Shown in pieces: positions 24,437-33,584 of a DNA stretch of 64,000 nt. The stretch's first letter is position 1, and each line of letters starts with the position of its first letter. Below the pieces are notes generated by a model. That model was given only the letters and a program-made list of their open reading frames with translations. It made no database searches and was not told the DNA's origin. The translations under genes were made by a program, and so were the position numbers. The DNA is taken from the IMG/VR virus record IMGVR_UViG_3300023278_002893, positions 1 through 64,000 of that record; one strand, 5' to 3'.

Positions 24437-25873
24437 ATGAAGCGCTATGTCAGTGTAGAGGGACAGCTACATGAGATTCCCCGCTACTCGAAGTCGTCGA
24501 TAGTTACAGCGGTGACGGCCTACGGCGCAGAGCGCGGCGTTCAGTTCAAGAAATACACCTTCCACCCCGAACCCAACAGTTATGTCAACTGCAAGACACG
24601 CCGCTACGATGAAATGGAATGGTCAGAAATGGCCACGGAGCCTCTGAGTAAATTCACTCCGAAGAAAATTGATCTCAAGAAAAAACAAAAAGAGATGGGT
24701 AATAAGGAGGAATGGAAAAATGCATGGAAAGCGGGGTGGGATCAGGGCCCCGCACAACAAAAATCTACTATTGAGGGGGGTACAAAAGACATGGGAATCC
24801 TGATGCCTAAAATGAAAAAACAACCCCGAAGCGGGAGTATTACCGGATCGCGGGTAATAATAAACCCCTCATCAACTAACGGCGGGTACACCGGCACAGT
24901 AGTCGGGTATGTTCCTGAGATGGAAGAAGACAGATATAACTCACAAACCGACGTCTTAGTGTGCCTGGATGAATACAACCGTCACCACACCTCATACCCC
25001 CAATACACCGGAGCAGGACACGGGTGTGCGATCGGTCGAAGTAATCTTACCAAACTCAGAAACCCCAAATGGGGGCAAGTGCCGGAGGGAGTTGGGGTGT
25101 ATGTTCCTTCTTCCTTTGAACATGATGGGGTAACATTCCGAGCGGGTGAGAAGGGGCGCATAGTTGAGTTCAACGATACACCTAAGAAGAAGATCGGTAT
25201 TAACTGGAATAAATCCAGGGGGTGTTTCGGCATAAGGAAAGACAGCCAAGGCGTAAGGTGGACGAATATATGGTTTGTGCCGCGGTCGGCGGTAAAGATA
25301 GGATTCTGTGAGTCTGGAGATCTCACTCAGAATATGGTGATCTGGCCCGAGGACGCTGGAGGGATCCACGAACACAAGTTCAACATCGGTGACCTTGTCA
25401 CAGTCCCAGCAAATAGTGTAAGGAAGCAGCGGCGGTCAGCTTTTACCAGTGTGAGGGATTCAAATGACGATGAACGTTCCGTGCTGCCCGGCGGCACGGT
25501 ATTGGAAATCATATCACCTTCGGATGCGTCAGGAGTTTGGAGGTGCCAAATACTTGGAGCATGTGACACCAGACTTATCGAAACGAACACCGACGTCTAT
25601 CAATCAGAACTCACACCCCTAAGCCACCCCGAAAGATTCTTCCGGGTCGGGCAAACGGTAGAGATTACCGCAGAGATAGACTTTCGAGTTACCGCCACGT
25701 CCAAAATAATAACGCTACAAGGGAAGAAAGGCACCGTAGTACTCCCTACCGACGGGGACGGGGATGTAGGGATAGAGTTTCCGGAAGAAATAGGAGCGGG
25801 ATCTCTGGATGGAGCAGGGGCAGAGGGGAGATGTCTTTACGTGGGGGCATCAGGAGTTAAGTTTTCAGAATAG
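24437..25873 (+). CDS. hypothetical protein with several SH3/KOW-like beta modules
   Basis: GSRVII..GYTGTVVG, FRAGEKGRIVEF, FNIGDLVTV, FRVGQTVEI..GKKGTVV. Confidence 0.65.
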   Translation: MKRYVSVEGQLHEIPRYSKSSIVTAVTAYGAERGVQFKKYTFHPEPNSYVNCKTRRYDEMEWSEMATEPLSKFTPKKIDLKKKQKEMGNKEEWKNAWKAGWDQGPAQQKSTIEGGTKDMGILMPKMKKQPRSGSITGSRVIINPSSTNGGYTGTVVGYVPEMEEDRYNSQTDVLVCLDEYNRHHTSYPQYTGAGHGCAIGRSNLTKLRNPKWGQVPEGVGVYVPSSFEHDGVTFRAGEKGRIVEFNDTPKKKIGINWNKSRGCFGIRKDSQGVRWTNIWFVPRSAVKIGFCESGDLTQNMVIWPEDAGGIHEHKFNIGDLVTVPANSVRKQRRSAFTSVRDSNDDERSVLPGGTVLEIISPSDASGVWRCQILGACDTRLIETNTDVYQSELTPLSHPERFFRVGQTVEITAEIDFRVTATSKIITLQGKKGTVVLPTDGDGDVGIEFPEEIGAGSLDGAGAEGRCLYVGASGVKFSE

Positions 25874-25895
25874 AGGGGTGTAGTTTCTGCGTCTT

Positions 25896-26642
25896 TTGAG
25901 TGTGAGGAGAAGTGATAAATTGAAGCCTGTAATTCAGAGAGTCCGTGTGGGCGACGTCCTTCGGGGAACACGGAATTTACGAAACTATCTGAGAGTTTGC
26001 TCCCATCTACGTTGCGTCAAGGCTATGAGCGTCAATTATCCACCATCTGAAGCTAAATCTTTCTTGTACACTCCAAGCAAATTAGACGAGTTTATTGTCG
26101 CAGCAAACACCCACGAGAGGTTTGCTGTCTGGAGTAGGAACAAGAATGTATGCCTAGTTTTCGTCAAGGGGGCGGGGGGTTCTTCCCATTCAACACAGAT
26201 GTCGCCTGAGATCTTCGCACGCTGGTTCATACGAACTGAAAATAGGCGGCCGGATATCTCAAGTTGGCCCAATTATGCATACTGCCTGTGGGCAACGCTT
26301 CAGATGAACACATGGAGGAATCCCCACACCCCGATTAGCTTCTACGGCGGAACGGGTAGTAGGGAAAACCGTCCCTTCGCTGCAGACACGGCTATATCTT
26401 CAGTCACCGTCCGGGAAGCTGTTACGGAATCAGTTCATCAGGGCGTGTTCAGGAACCTCACTCGTACAAAGAACAACAAAACTCCACAGCCAAAGTACTT
26501 CACGTCAATGGGAGCGCCCGGGCCTGATTTGAAAGACATACCTATTCTACGTAAAGAACTGGAAATATTCTATAGAGACCCTCGAATAGTGTCCAAAGCT
26601 AAGACTGCTGGCCTCGTATTCGAACCTAACGAATACTTTTGA
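25896..26642 (+). CDS. hypothetical protein
   Basis: 248-aa ORF; start uncertain. Confidence 0.6.
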   Translation: MSVRRSDKLKPVIQRVRVGDVLRGTRNLRNYLRVCSHLRCVKAMSVNYPPSEAKSFLYTPSKLDEFIVAANTHERFAVWSRNKNVCLVFVKGAGGSSHSTQMSPEIFARWFIRTENRRPDISSWPNYAYCLWATLQMNTWRNPHTPISFYGGTGSRENRPFAADTAISSVTVREAVTESVHQGVFRNLTRTKNNKTPQPKYFTSMGAPGPDLKDIPILRKELEIFYRDPRIVSKAKTAGLVFEPNEYF

Positions 26643-26733
26643 AAGTAGTTCACAGACAATAACACCAAGAACTAACTAAAACCACCATCAGCTGATTCAA
26701 ACCGCAAAAACAATCATCCACTAGGAGAAAACG

Positions 26734-29700
26734 TTGAAGAATTTCGCTACGATCTTGAAGGCCATTACTCAAGATCAACTTCACCGGTTCAACAACCGCA
26801 TGCGCGCAAGTGGAAATACTCTTAATTTGAACGTAGAAATACGCGAAGAGAGTTTGAACATCTGTGTGGATTTCCGCACGCAAGACGAAGTAGGTACTCT
26901 GATCATTCCGCAACTTCGAAAGAACGAGTTTGGCAATTATGTCATAGGAGATCGAGTCGATCGAGCGATGTGCCCTTTCATGGTGGTCATGGACGGCAAC
27001 CCGCAACACATCAGCTACGAGAAGATGATTCTCGCAATGCTGAGCATGAACATGGAGGATCTCTTCCCCGAGCAGGGAAAGAGGAACCAAATTGGCAAGA
27101 TCCTTTGGGCGTTCTATCAAAAGAGAGGACGTCTCACGCTGGGTCAGTGCCAGAAGTTCCTCAACCAACGACTGTTCAATGCTCTGCCCCTGAGTGGAAC
27201 CTCCATGCAGGACTGGGCGATGAACCACCGCGTAATGATCTTCGATCCAATCTTCGACACTCTGAATCCCCCGGAGAAATTGGCATACCAGAGGCGCAAG
27301 AATGAATTGCTCCACCCCTGGTCCTCCATCGGAATATCCGAGGGTGCCGCCGCTACGCGGAACTACATACTCCAGAAGGATCTGAGAAACATCACTGCGT
27401 TTGGTAACAGGCACCATAACCCAATCCGAAATCTGTATTCTACCCTAGGAATGAAGGGCCCAGAAGCACCCTTGGTGATCTCCGAGGCTGCCGCGCGGTT
27501 GGAAGATCAAGGAATCGTGCGGGGTGGTTGGAACTGGATGACCGTGTTCCTGGATCTTCCCGAGACCTTCGAGGATCAAATCCTTGTTTCTGGTCGGCAT
27601 GCAGGTAAGACGGTGACCTACGAGAGAACCTTCACCGTGTTCGGTGAAGAGTCAGTAAATGTTGGAGATAACATCCTCAAGGGGAGAGTAATCGGAACCA
27701 ACGAGGACGAGAGCTCCATATATTTCGACATTGATTGCGAGCGTGCGGAAGTAATCGAGTGTAAGAACGGTAATGTGCCCTTCGACGGCCAGGATCAGCC
27801 AGTACGTATTGTTGTTCTCCGAGTCGTGTATACTTTCAAAGAGGGTTTCAAGATTACAAATCAGCACGGGAACAAGGGTATCGTAAAGGTCCTGCCTGAC
27901 CTCGGCACCGTTCAAGATCCAGTTCGTGGTGAAGTACCGATCGACGTGATCGTATCTGCCAAGTCCGTACAGAAGCGCAAGAACTTCGGTCAGATTCTCG
28001 AAGCGCTTGCCACTCGGGTCACCGGGCCGAAGAAGCGAATGGCTGTTCCCGACGATCTTCGTATCGAAGTAGCGCAGATCGAAAAGAAACTGGTCTCTGC
28101 TGGGTACCAAAAAGAAGGTACCTGCAAGGTCATCACGCCTTGGGGAGAATTCGATTCAATCTGTGGTTGGGTTCACTGGGGAGTCACCAAGACTCCTGAG
28201 GAACAACTCTGGCAGGGAAGGGATGTAAAGGCGACCAACCAACGGGGTCTTCGCATCCGAGGCAACAAGGTATCTCCCATCGAATTGAAAGCAATGACCA
28301 CCCTCTTCGGGCCCCGCTCGCAAGTGGTAAAGGAAGTGCTCTCACATCGACAAGGCCAGGACGAGGTCAGGGAGCTTCTGGACATCGTACGGGGAATGTC
28401 AGGTCTTTACCGAGACAACCTTCCCACGATCGATCCGGCCACTTTCGTATACAAACCGTCGGGTATGGGAACCTTCCATGACCAGGAAGCTCTCGTAGGA
28501 ACGGTGGCGGACGAAGAAATGTTCCCGGTCGGATGCTATATCCAACTCCCCTTCCGACTTCTGGTATCCATTCCGGATGACAGGAGTAAGGGGATACAAG
28601 AAGGTATCGCAGGTGAGAATGCCTACGAGCGATTGGGTACGGGGACTCGATACTTTGAGTTCGATCGCCTGATGGTTCCTTCTGCTGCTCTGCGACAACC
28701 GTGGAGGCACGCAACGGGAAAGCTCGGTCTGGCAGACATCGCCACACAGTTGAATCAGATACTGGAAGGTATTGATCGACTGGCACTTGGTGAGATTAAG
28801 GAGGCACAGCTCTCCACTCTAATCTTCCGCTACCTGCACCACATCGGACGTTCCCTCTCCACGAAGAACGGTAAGATCAGCACCTATGCAATGTCAACTC
28901 GCTACCCCTGGTCTTCTAAAGCCACTGCAATTCTCGGCTGCGGCCTGGAGACAAACTGGGTGGAGATCCACAAGGACATGGCACGAGACCTCAAGGTCGA
29001 GACCGGTGATTATGTCATGGTAGAACGTTTCCCGTGTTTGGGATTCATGTCAACGCGTATCCAGCGAGTGAAGGTGACCGACGATCCAGAGGCAAAGTAT
29101 GTCATCCGGGTCAGCGGCAATAGCCTGGGTTCAATGAACCTGGACTTCGATGGCGATGTTATTTATCTGATGAGCTTCCACACAGAGGGTGCCAAAGCGG
29201 AGTTGGAGCACAACTTCCACAACCCACACCCGAAGGTCAAGGAAGTCATCGACCGTCTGAACAACAAGAAGCAGCCAATGACCCGGACCATGACCCTCCA
29301 GGAAATGGAGATCATGTCCTTCGATCCAATGAGCCCAGAAGAGCACGCCGAGTTGAACGCCACATCCCTTGCTGTAAAACTCTGGACAGGGCCGACGATC
29401 GCACTTTGCTACAGCATGATGCGAATCGTGGAGGGAAATATCCCCTACGAAGACCGTGAAGCGCACATCAACATCGAGGTCTTCCTTGATAAGGTGGGTA
29501 ACTCTGTCTTCTCCCAGAAGCACGGAACGAAGAGCCTCAGAGAAGAGTGTGTGGAAGCGGTGTGTCTTGCCAAGCCGGAGGCACTGGTAGAATTGGGCTT
29601 CCCTGTAAGGGAGAGCGCCCAGCTCTGCAACATCATCCGTTCCTATGCCTCGAAGTTGGGTGTTCGAACCGACGAGGAACTTCTGGCACATTATAAACGC

Positions 29701-29898
29701 CACGTGGAAGAAGGAAAAGCAACCATCGTTAGTGCTATTGTGCGGCGCTTCCACAAGACCTACTTTGCAACCCGATCCAATCTCCACCCGCTTGATCTTT
29801 TGGAGCACCTGGAGCAAGAACCACGAGATCTCGTATCCTACCTGGTACAACAAACACTGGAGGGAGGAGATCGCGATAAGGAACTTAAGGTCGTATAG
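26734..29898 (+). CDS. single-chain beta-beta' fusion two-barrel DNA-directed RNA polymerase
   Basis: Beta-like motifs FGNYVIGDRVDRA, TFEDQILVS, KITNQHGNKG, IDVIV...RKNFGQILEA; beta'-like motifs PSAALRQP, ERFPCL, NLDFDGD; TTG start with AGGAG RBS. Confidence 0.9.
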   Translation: MKNFATILKAITQDQLHRFNNRMRASGNTLNLNVEIREESLNICVDFRTQDEVGTLIIPQLRKNEFGNYVIGDRVDRAMCPFMVVMDGNPQHISYEKMILAMLSMNMEDLFPEQGKRNQIGKILWAFYQKRGRLTLGQCQKFLNQRLFNALPLSGTSMQDWAMNHRVMIFDPIFDTLNPPEKLAYQRRKNELLHPWSSIGISEGAAATRNYILQKDLRNITAFGNRHHNPIRNLYSTLGMKGPEAPLVISEAAARLEDQGIVRGGWNWMTVFLDLPETFEDQILVSGRHAGKTVTYERTFTVFGEESVNVGDNILKGRVIGTNEDESSIYFDIDCERAEVIECKNGNVPFDGQDQPVRIVVLRVVYTFKEGFKITNQHGNKGIVKVLPDLGTVQDPVRGEVPIDVIVSAKSVQKRKNFGQILEALATRVTGPKKRMAVPDDLRIEVAQIEKKLVSAGYQKEGTCKVITPWGEFDSICGWVHWGVTKTPEEQLWQGRDVKATNQRGLRIRGNKVSPIELKAMTTLFGPRSQVVKEVLSHRQGQDEVRELLDIVRGMSGLYRDNLPTIDPATFVYKPSGMGTFHDQEALVGTVADEEMFPVGCYIQLPFRLLVSIPDDRSKGIQEGIAGENAYERLGTGTRYFEFDRLMVPSAALRQPWRHATGKLGLADIATQLNQILEGIDRLALGEIKEAQLSTLIFRYLHHIGRSLSTKNGKISTYAMSTRYPWSSKATAILGCGLETNWVEIHKDMARDLKVETGDYVMVERFPCLGFMSTRIQRVKVTDDPEAKYVIRVSGNSLGSMNLDFDGDVIYLMSFHTEGAKAELEHNFHNPHPKVKEVIDRLNNKKQPMTRTMTLQEMEIMSFDPMSPEEHAELNATSLAVKLWTGPTIALCYSMMRIVEGNIPYEDREAHINIEVFLDKVGNSVFSQKHGTKSLREECVEAVCLAKPEALVELGFPVRESAQLCNIIRSYASKLGVRTDEELLAHYKRHVEEGKATIVSAIVRRFHKTYFATRSNLHPLDLLEHLEQEPRDLVSYLVQQTLEGGDRDKELKVV

Positions 29899-29964
29899 AT
29901 AACGGCCTGTATTTGAGAAGGGGGAGGGGCAATACCTCTCCCCCCTCCTCTTGGAGTAATCATA

Positions 29965-30510
29965 ATGATCCCGGGAAATATCCTAGCGAACAGAAGCACG
30001 TGCGAAGATGCGATCGCGCGCACAGCGAAAGTTGGCGGAGAAACAATGAAGGCTCTTTTGAAAACCTTCTCCCTCAAGGAACTGAAGGTAATCAAAAAGT
30101 ATCCGGAGCTGGTAAGTAGGATCGCAGAAATTGCTAAATACACTAAAATTCAGTTGAAAACCCACCTTGCGGAAAAATATAATATCAATTCCGTCCAGTC
30201 AACGGGGGATGTCTGGATAGAAGCAGAGGGACTGGAAGACTTGGAACCGGAATGGTTAGTAGGCGGTAAGGATTGTAGATACAAAGGTATACTCCCCATG
30301 AGTGGGTGGTATCTTTCTTACTCCGAACCCGAAAATGCATTCGAACCGTGGGCTCGGAACCTTTTGCTGCAAGAAGTTCGTGAGAATCTGTGGTTCAGGT
30401 GGATGGAACACAAAACGAAATCCACGTCGAGCAGTAAGAAATCCAAATCGAGCGAGGAACTGGCAGAAGACTGGGAATATTATGTTGGGTCTGGTGGCCA
30501 ATTCCTCTAA
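29965..30510 (+). CDS. hypothetical protein
   Basis: 181 aa. Confidence 0.55.
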   Translation: MIPGNILANRSTCEDAIARTAKVGGETMKALLKTFSLKELKVIKKYPELVSRIAEIAKYTKIQLKTHLAEKYNINSVQSTGDVWIEAEGLEDLEPEWLVGGKDCRYKGILPMSGWYLSYSEPENAFEPWARNLLLQEVRENLWFRWMEHKTKSTSSSKKSKSSEELAEDWEYYVGSGGQFL

Positions 30511-30519
30511 GAGGTAACA

Positions 30520-30894
30520 ATGCATTACCTAAACAGTGTAAACATTGCGGGGTATCTGACGCGAGATCCAACGGGTAATTCTACCAACAAAGGTATTCCA
30601 AGAGTTAAATTCAGTGTGACTTTGAATCATCCCGTGAAGAAAATCCCATACCATATGAAATGCGTGGCTTGGGGAGAAAGAGCAGCGCAGATCCTAAGAT
30701 ACGCAGCGAGGGGTCAAGAAATTATTGTCTCCGGCGAGTTTGAAAACTCCACATGGAAAGATAAACACGGAACGAGTCACACTACTACAGAAATCGTGGT
30801 AGATACCTTCAACCTGGGTACAAAATCCAAGCGGGAAGAGGGAGTAGGTGATGCCAATCTCCGTAGGCCATCACCAATTGTTATACCAGAGTAG
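30520..30894 (+). CDS. ssb: single-stranded DNA-binding protein
   Basis: LNSVNIAGYLTRDP...CVAWGERA....Y..RGQEIIVSGEF...WKDK.G. Confidence 0.92.
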   Translation: MHYLNSVNIAGYLTRDPTGNSTNKGIPRVKFSVTLNHPVKKIPYHMKCVAWGERAAQILRYAARGQEIIVSGEFENSTWKDKHGTSHTTTEIVVDTFNLGTKSKREEGVGDANLRRPSPIVIPE

Positions 30895-30955
30895 TGAAAA
30901 TTTAATCCACATTATTATAAAGAGATCCAATGAAGTAGTATTTTAATAAGACTTT

Positions 30956-31510
30956 ATGTCTAATAAGGAAACCTATATTATGCCATATACCAATCGTGAT
31001 TTTCCAGGTCGGAAATTCTCAAATACCAAAGAGCAAGAAGATGCGCAAGAAAAAAGAAACTCGATAGAACAAGAAATCTCCGAAAGACAAACCAGAGATA
31101 ACACGATCACTTGTGTCACAGCGACTATAATTCCTGCCCCACAAAGCGTATTAGAGCGTCGGTTATTAGAAGCAGAACGTCGAATCGATGAACTAAATCG
31201 TATAATTGAGAAGGGGCCCCCAAAAACATCCACCCTGAACAAGGATAATCTACCAATAGGAATGATTCTCCAAGGACAAAGTAAGGGTAAAGATTACACC
31301 CTAGAAATATTGGAAGAGGATTACCTATGCAGTACGGGTGATATCGTACCTTCGCTATCGGCCGCGGCTGGTCGCGTATCTGGAGTCAGAAGAAGCGGTT
31401 GGGAATTCTGGACAGATAGGAAAGGTACCCCTATAGGGACAATAACTGGAAGGTTCAATAAAGATGAGTGTTCAGACCCATTCGGAGCCATTGCAATGCC
31501 CGGAGTGTGA
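30956..31510 (+). CDS. coiled-coil protein with a C-terminal RAMA (DUF4357-like) domain
   Basis: SLSAAAGRVSGVRRSGWEFW. Confidence 0.65.
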   Translation: MSNKETYIMPYTNRDFPGRKFSNTKEQEDAQEKRNSIEQEISERQTRDNTITCVTATIIPAPQSVLERRLLEAERRIDELNRIIEKGPPKTSTLNKDNLPIGMILQGQSKGKDYTLEILEEDYLCSTGDIVPSLSAAAGRVSGVRRSGWEFWTDRKGTPIGTITGRFNKDECSDPFGAIAMPGV

Positions 31511-32168
31511 TTCCATCAATGCCTCCAAAGACGCTGCTGTAGGCGACGGACTTGTAGTGTGTTATGATTGCGGTGTCGTGTTTCCAGACGGTTCAGATAA
31601 AGTTTATCCGGAAATAACAGCATCCATTCTACGGTGCCCCCACTGCAAAGAAGTGGGTGTTATCAAAATATTCGAGGGTCGTGAAGAATGTCAGGAGTGT
31701 AGGTTAGATCCTAACGATCCGGACATACCTACCCACCATTTAGCGCATCTCTGGAAGTCCAGAACCAATGACACACCAGAGGATGATAAAACAATACGGG
31801 AGATAATGGAGATACCGAAGGAAGACGGCACTCCAAAACTACCCGCAGGCACATCGGTAGGTGAGTTTCTCCGAACAGAATGCGGGCCTCATTGCGCGCG
31901 CGGCATCAAATGTAACCAAACCACTGGAGATTTTACCCAGTGCTATAGAATGTACCGCGAAGCCAGGGGCACGGATATGTCAAAAAAGCGGAATAAAAAA
32001 GGAAAGCAGCGACGCTCTCCTGAAGAAAAAGCTGCTAAGCGAAACAAAAGAGCCAAATATATTAGATTACATTCCAGGGCGTGGCTCTTCTCACCCCCTA
32101 AGGGATGGTTTGTGAGTGAGAAAAACTATGAATCCGAAACTATTTATAAGGAACAGTCTGAGTCTTGA
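31464..32168 (+). CDS. multi-zinc-ribbon protein
   Basis: CPEC, CYDC, CPHC, CQEC and further Cys; basic C-terminus. Confidence 0.6.
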   Translation: MSVQTHSEPLQCPECDSINASKDAAVGDGLVVCYDCGVVFPDGSDKVYPEITASILRCPHCKEVGVIKIFEGREECQECRLDPNDPDIPTHHLAHLWKSRTNDTPEDDKTIREIMEIPKEDGTPKLPAGTSVGEFLRTECGPHCARGIKCNQTTGDFTQCYRMYREARGTDMSKKRNKKGKQRRSPEEKAAKRNKRAKYIRLHSRAWLFSPPKGWFVSEKNYESETIYKEQSES

Positions 32169-33576
32169 AGGAATCAATAGCGAAATAAAGGATCACCTCA
32201 AAGAATTGCTCACCATTCCAAATCCAGAATGGATAACCGCTAAGAATTTCGGGCGCTATACTGGAGATATTCCTAAGACCATAGAACAATTCTCGGAAGA
32301 ATTTGAAAGGCTAGTCGTCCCCAGAGGCATTCTAGAGTATGTCACTGAGAATCTGGGGCAGGAGTGGGACGTTGTAGATGAGCGAGTCGCTCCCGAATCC
32401 GAAAAAATTTGGCCGGAAGGTAAAGTAGTCCTCCGATACAACGACCAAGAACCTGCAGTGAGAGAGGTTCTCAATTCCGATAATGGTTTTCTGGTAGCTC
32501 CGGCGGGCTCTGGTAAAACTGTTATGGGGATAGAGATATGCCGACGATTGGGCTTGAAGGCACTCTTCCTCGTACATCGGAATGAGCTAAAAGACCAGGC
32601 AATAGAAACAGCAGAAGATCTGTTCGAGATTCCACGTAAGAAAATAGGTATACTTCACGGACCTAAGTGGAAGATGGGAGAACAGCTCACAGTCGGAATG
32701 ATCCCCACGCTTCGTAAGAGGAACTTAGAAGACATCAAGAACGAATTCGGCGTGGTGATGGTAGATGAGGCTCACCACACTCCAAGCTCTACCTTCCTAA
32801 ACGTGGTCAATAGGTTCAACGCCAAACATGTTTATGGCCTGACTGCCACTGCGTATAGAAGAGACGAACTTGATCCTGTGATGTTCAATGCTATTGGCCC
32901 CAAGCTATCAGAGATAGAGCATTTCGAACTGATCAAAGACGAACACCTGATTATCCCCACCATCCACAGAATCAATACCGGATGGAATCCACGTGATGCG
33001 GACGACTTAGACTACCACGGCTTCATGGACGCGATGGTGACGGACGAACACCGGAACCAACTGATAGTAGATAAGATCGTTCAGGAATGCCAAGACCCCA
33101 AGAACACAGCGGCAGTTCTGGTAAATAGAACTAAGCACTGTGAAAACTTGACCAAGATGTTGAAAGATCGGGGTATAAAGTGTGAGTTTATAGCATCCTC
33201 CGTGGATGTAGAACCAGATAGGGGGTCGGGGAAGAAGAAACAAAAGAAAAAGAAGAAGATGATCCCCAAGAAAATCAGGGAGGGGATCGTAAGTGACTTC
33301 AAGGAAGGCAAGATCCAAGTTCTTATTGCCACATACGACCTGTTAGCCGAAGGATTCAACTACCGACCCCTAAACTTGCTGTTCTTAGCCACTCCTATTC
33401 GTTGGAAAGGGCTGGTAGTCCAGTCAGTGGGACGTGTTCAAAGAACTTTCGAAGGCAAGACCGGATCTACTGTATTTGATTATGTCGATGGCGACATAGC
33501 TATGTTTTCTATTCAAGCGGACTCACGATTATCCGAAGTTTACAGAGTAATGGGGATGCCTGTAATAGATCATTAG
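32116..33576 (+). CDS. SF2 DExH helicase (XPB/UvsW-like)
   Basis: APAGSGKT, VDEAHH, GLTAT, QSVGRVQR. Confidence 0.93.
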   Translation: MRKTMNPKLFIRNSLSLEGINSEIKDHLKELLTIPNPEWITAKNFGRYTGDIPKTIEQFSEEFERLVVPRGILEYVTENLGQEWDVVDERVAPESEKIWPEGKVVLRYNDQEPAVREVLNSDNGFLVAPAGSGKTVMGIEICRRLGLKALFLVHRNELKDQAIETAEDLFEIPRKKIGILHGPKWKMGEQLTVGMIPTLRKRNLEDIKNEFGVVMVDEAHHTPSSTFLNVVNRFNAKHVYGLTATAYRRDELDPVMFNAIGPKLSEIEHFELIKDEHLIIPTIHRINTGWNPRDADDLDYHGFMDAMVTDEHRNQLIVDKIVQECQDPKNTAAVLVNRTKHCENLTKMLKDRGIKCEFIASSVDVEPDRGSGKKKQKKKKKMIPKKIREGIVSDFKEGKIQVLIATYDLLAEGFNYRPLNLLFLATPIRWKGLVVQSVGRVQRTFEGKTGSTVFDYVDGDIAMFSIQADSRLSEVYRVMGMPVIDH

Positions 33577-33584
33577 GAGAAGGT

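Noticed and set aside
29131-29853. 240-aa minus-strand ORF
   Set aside because: Shadow of the RNAP gene
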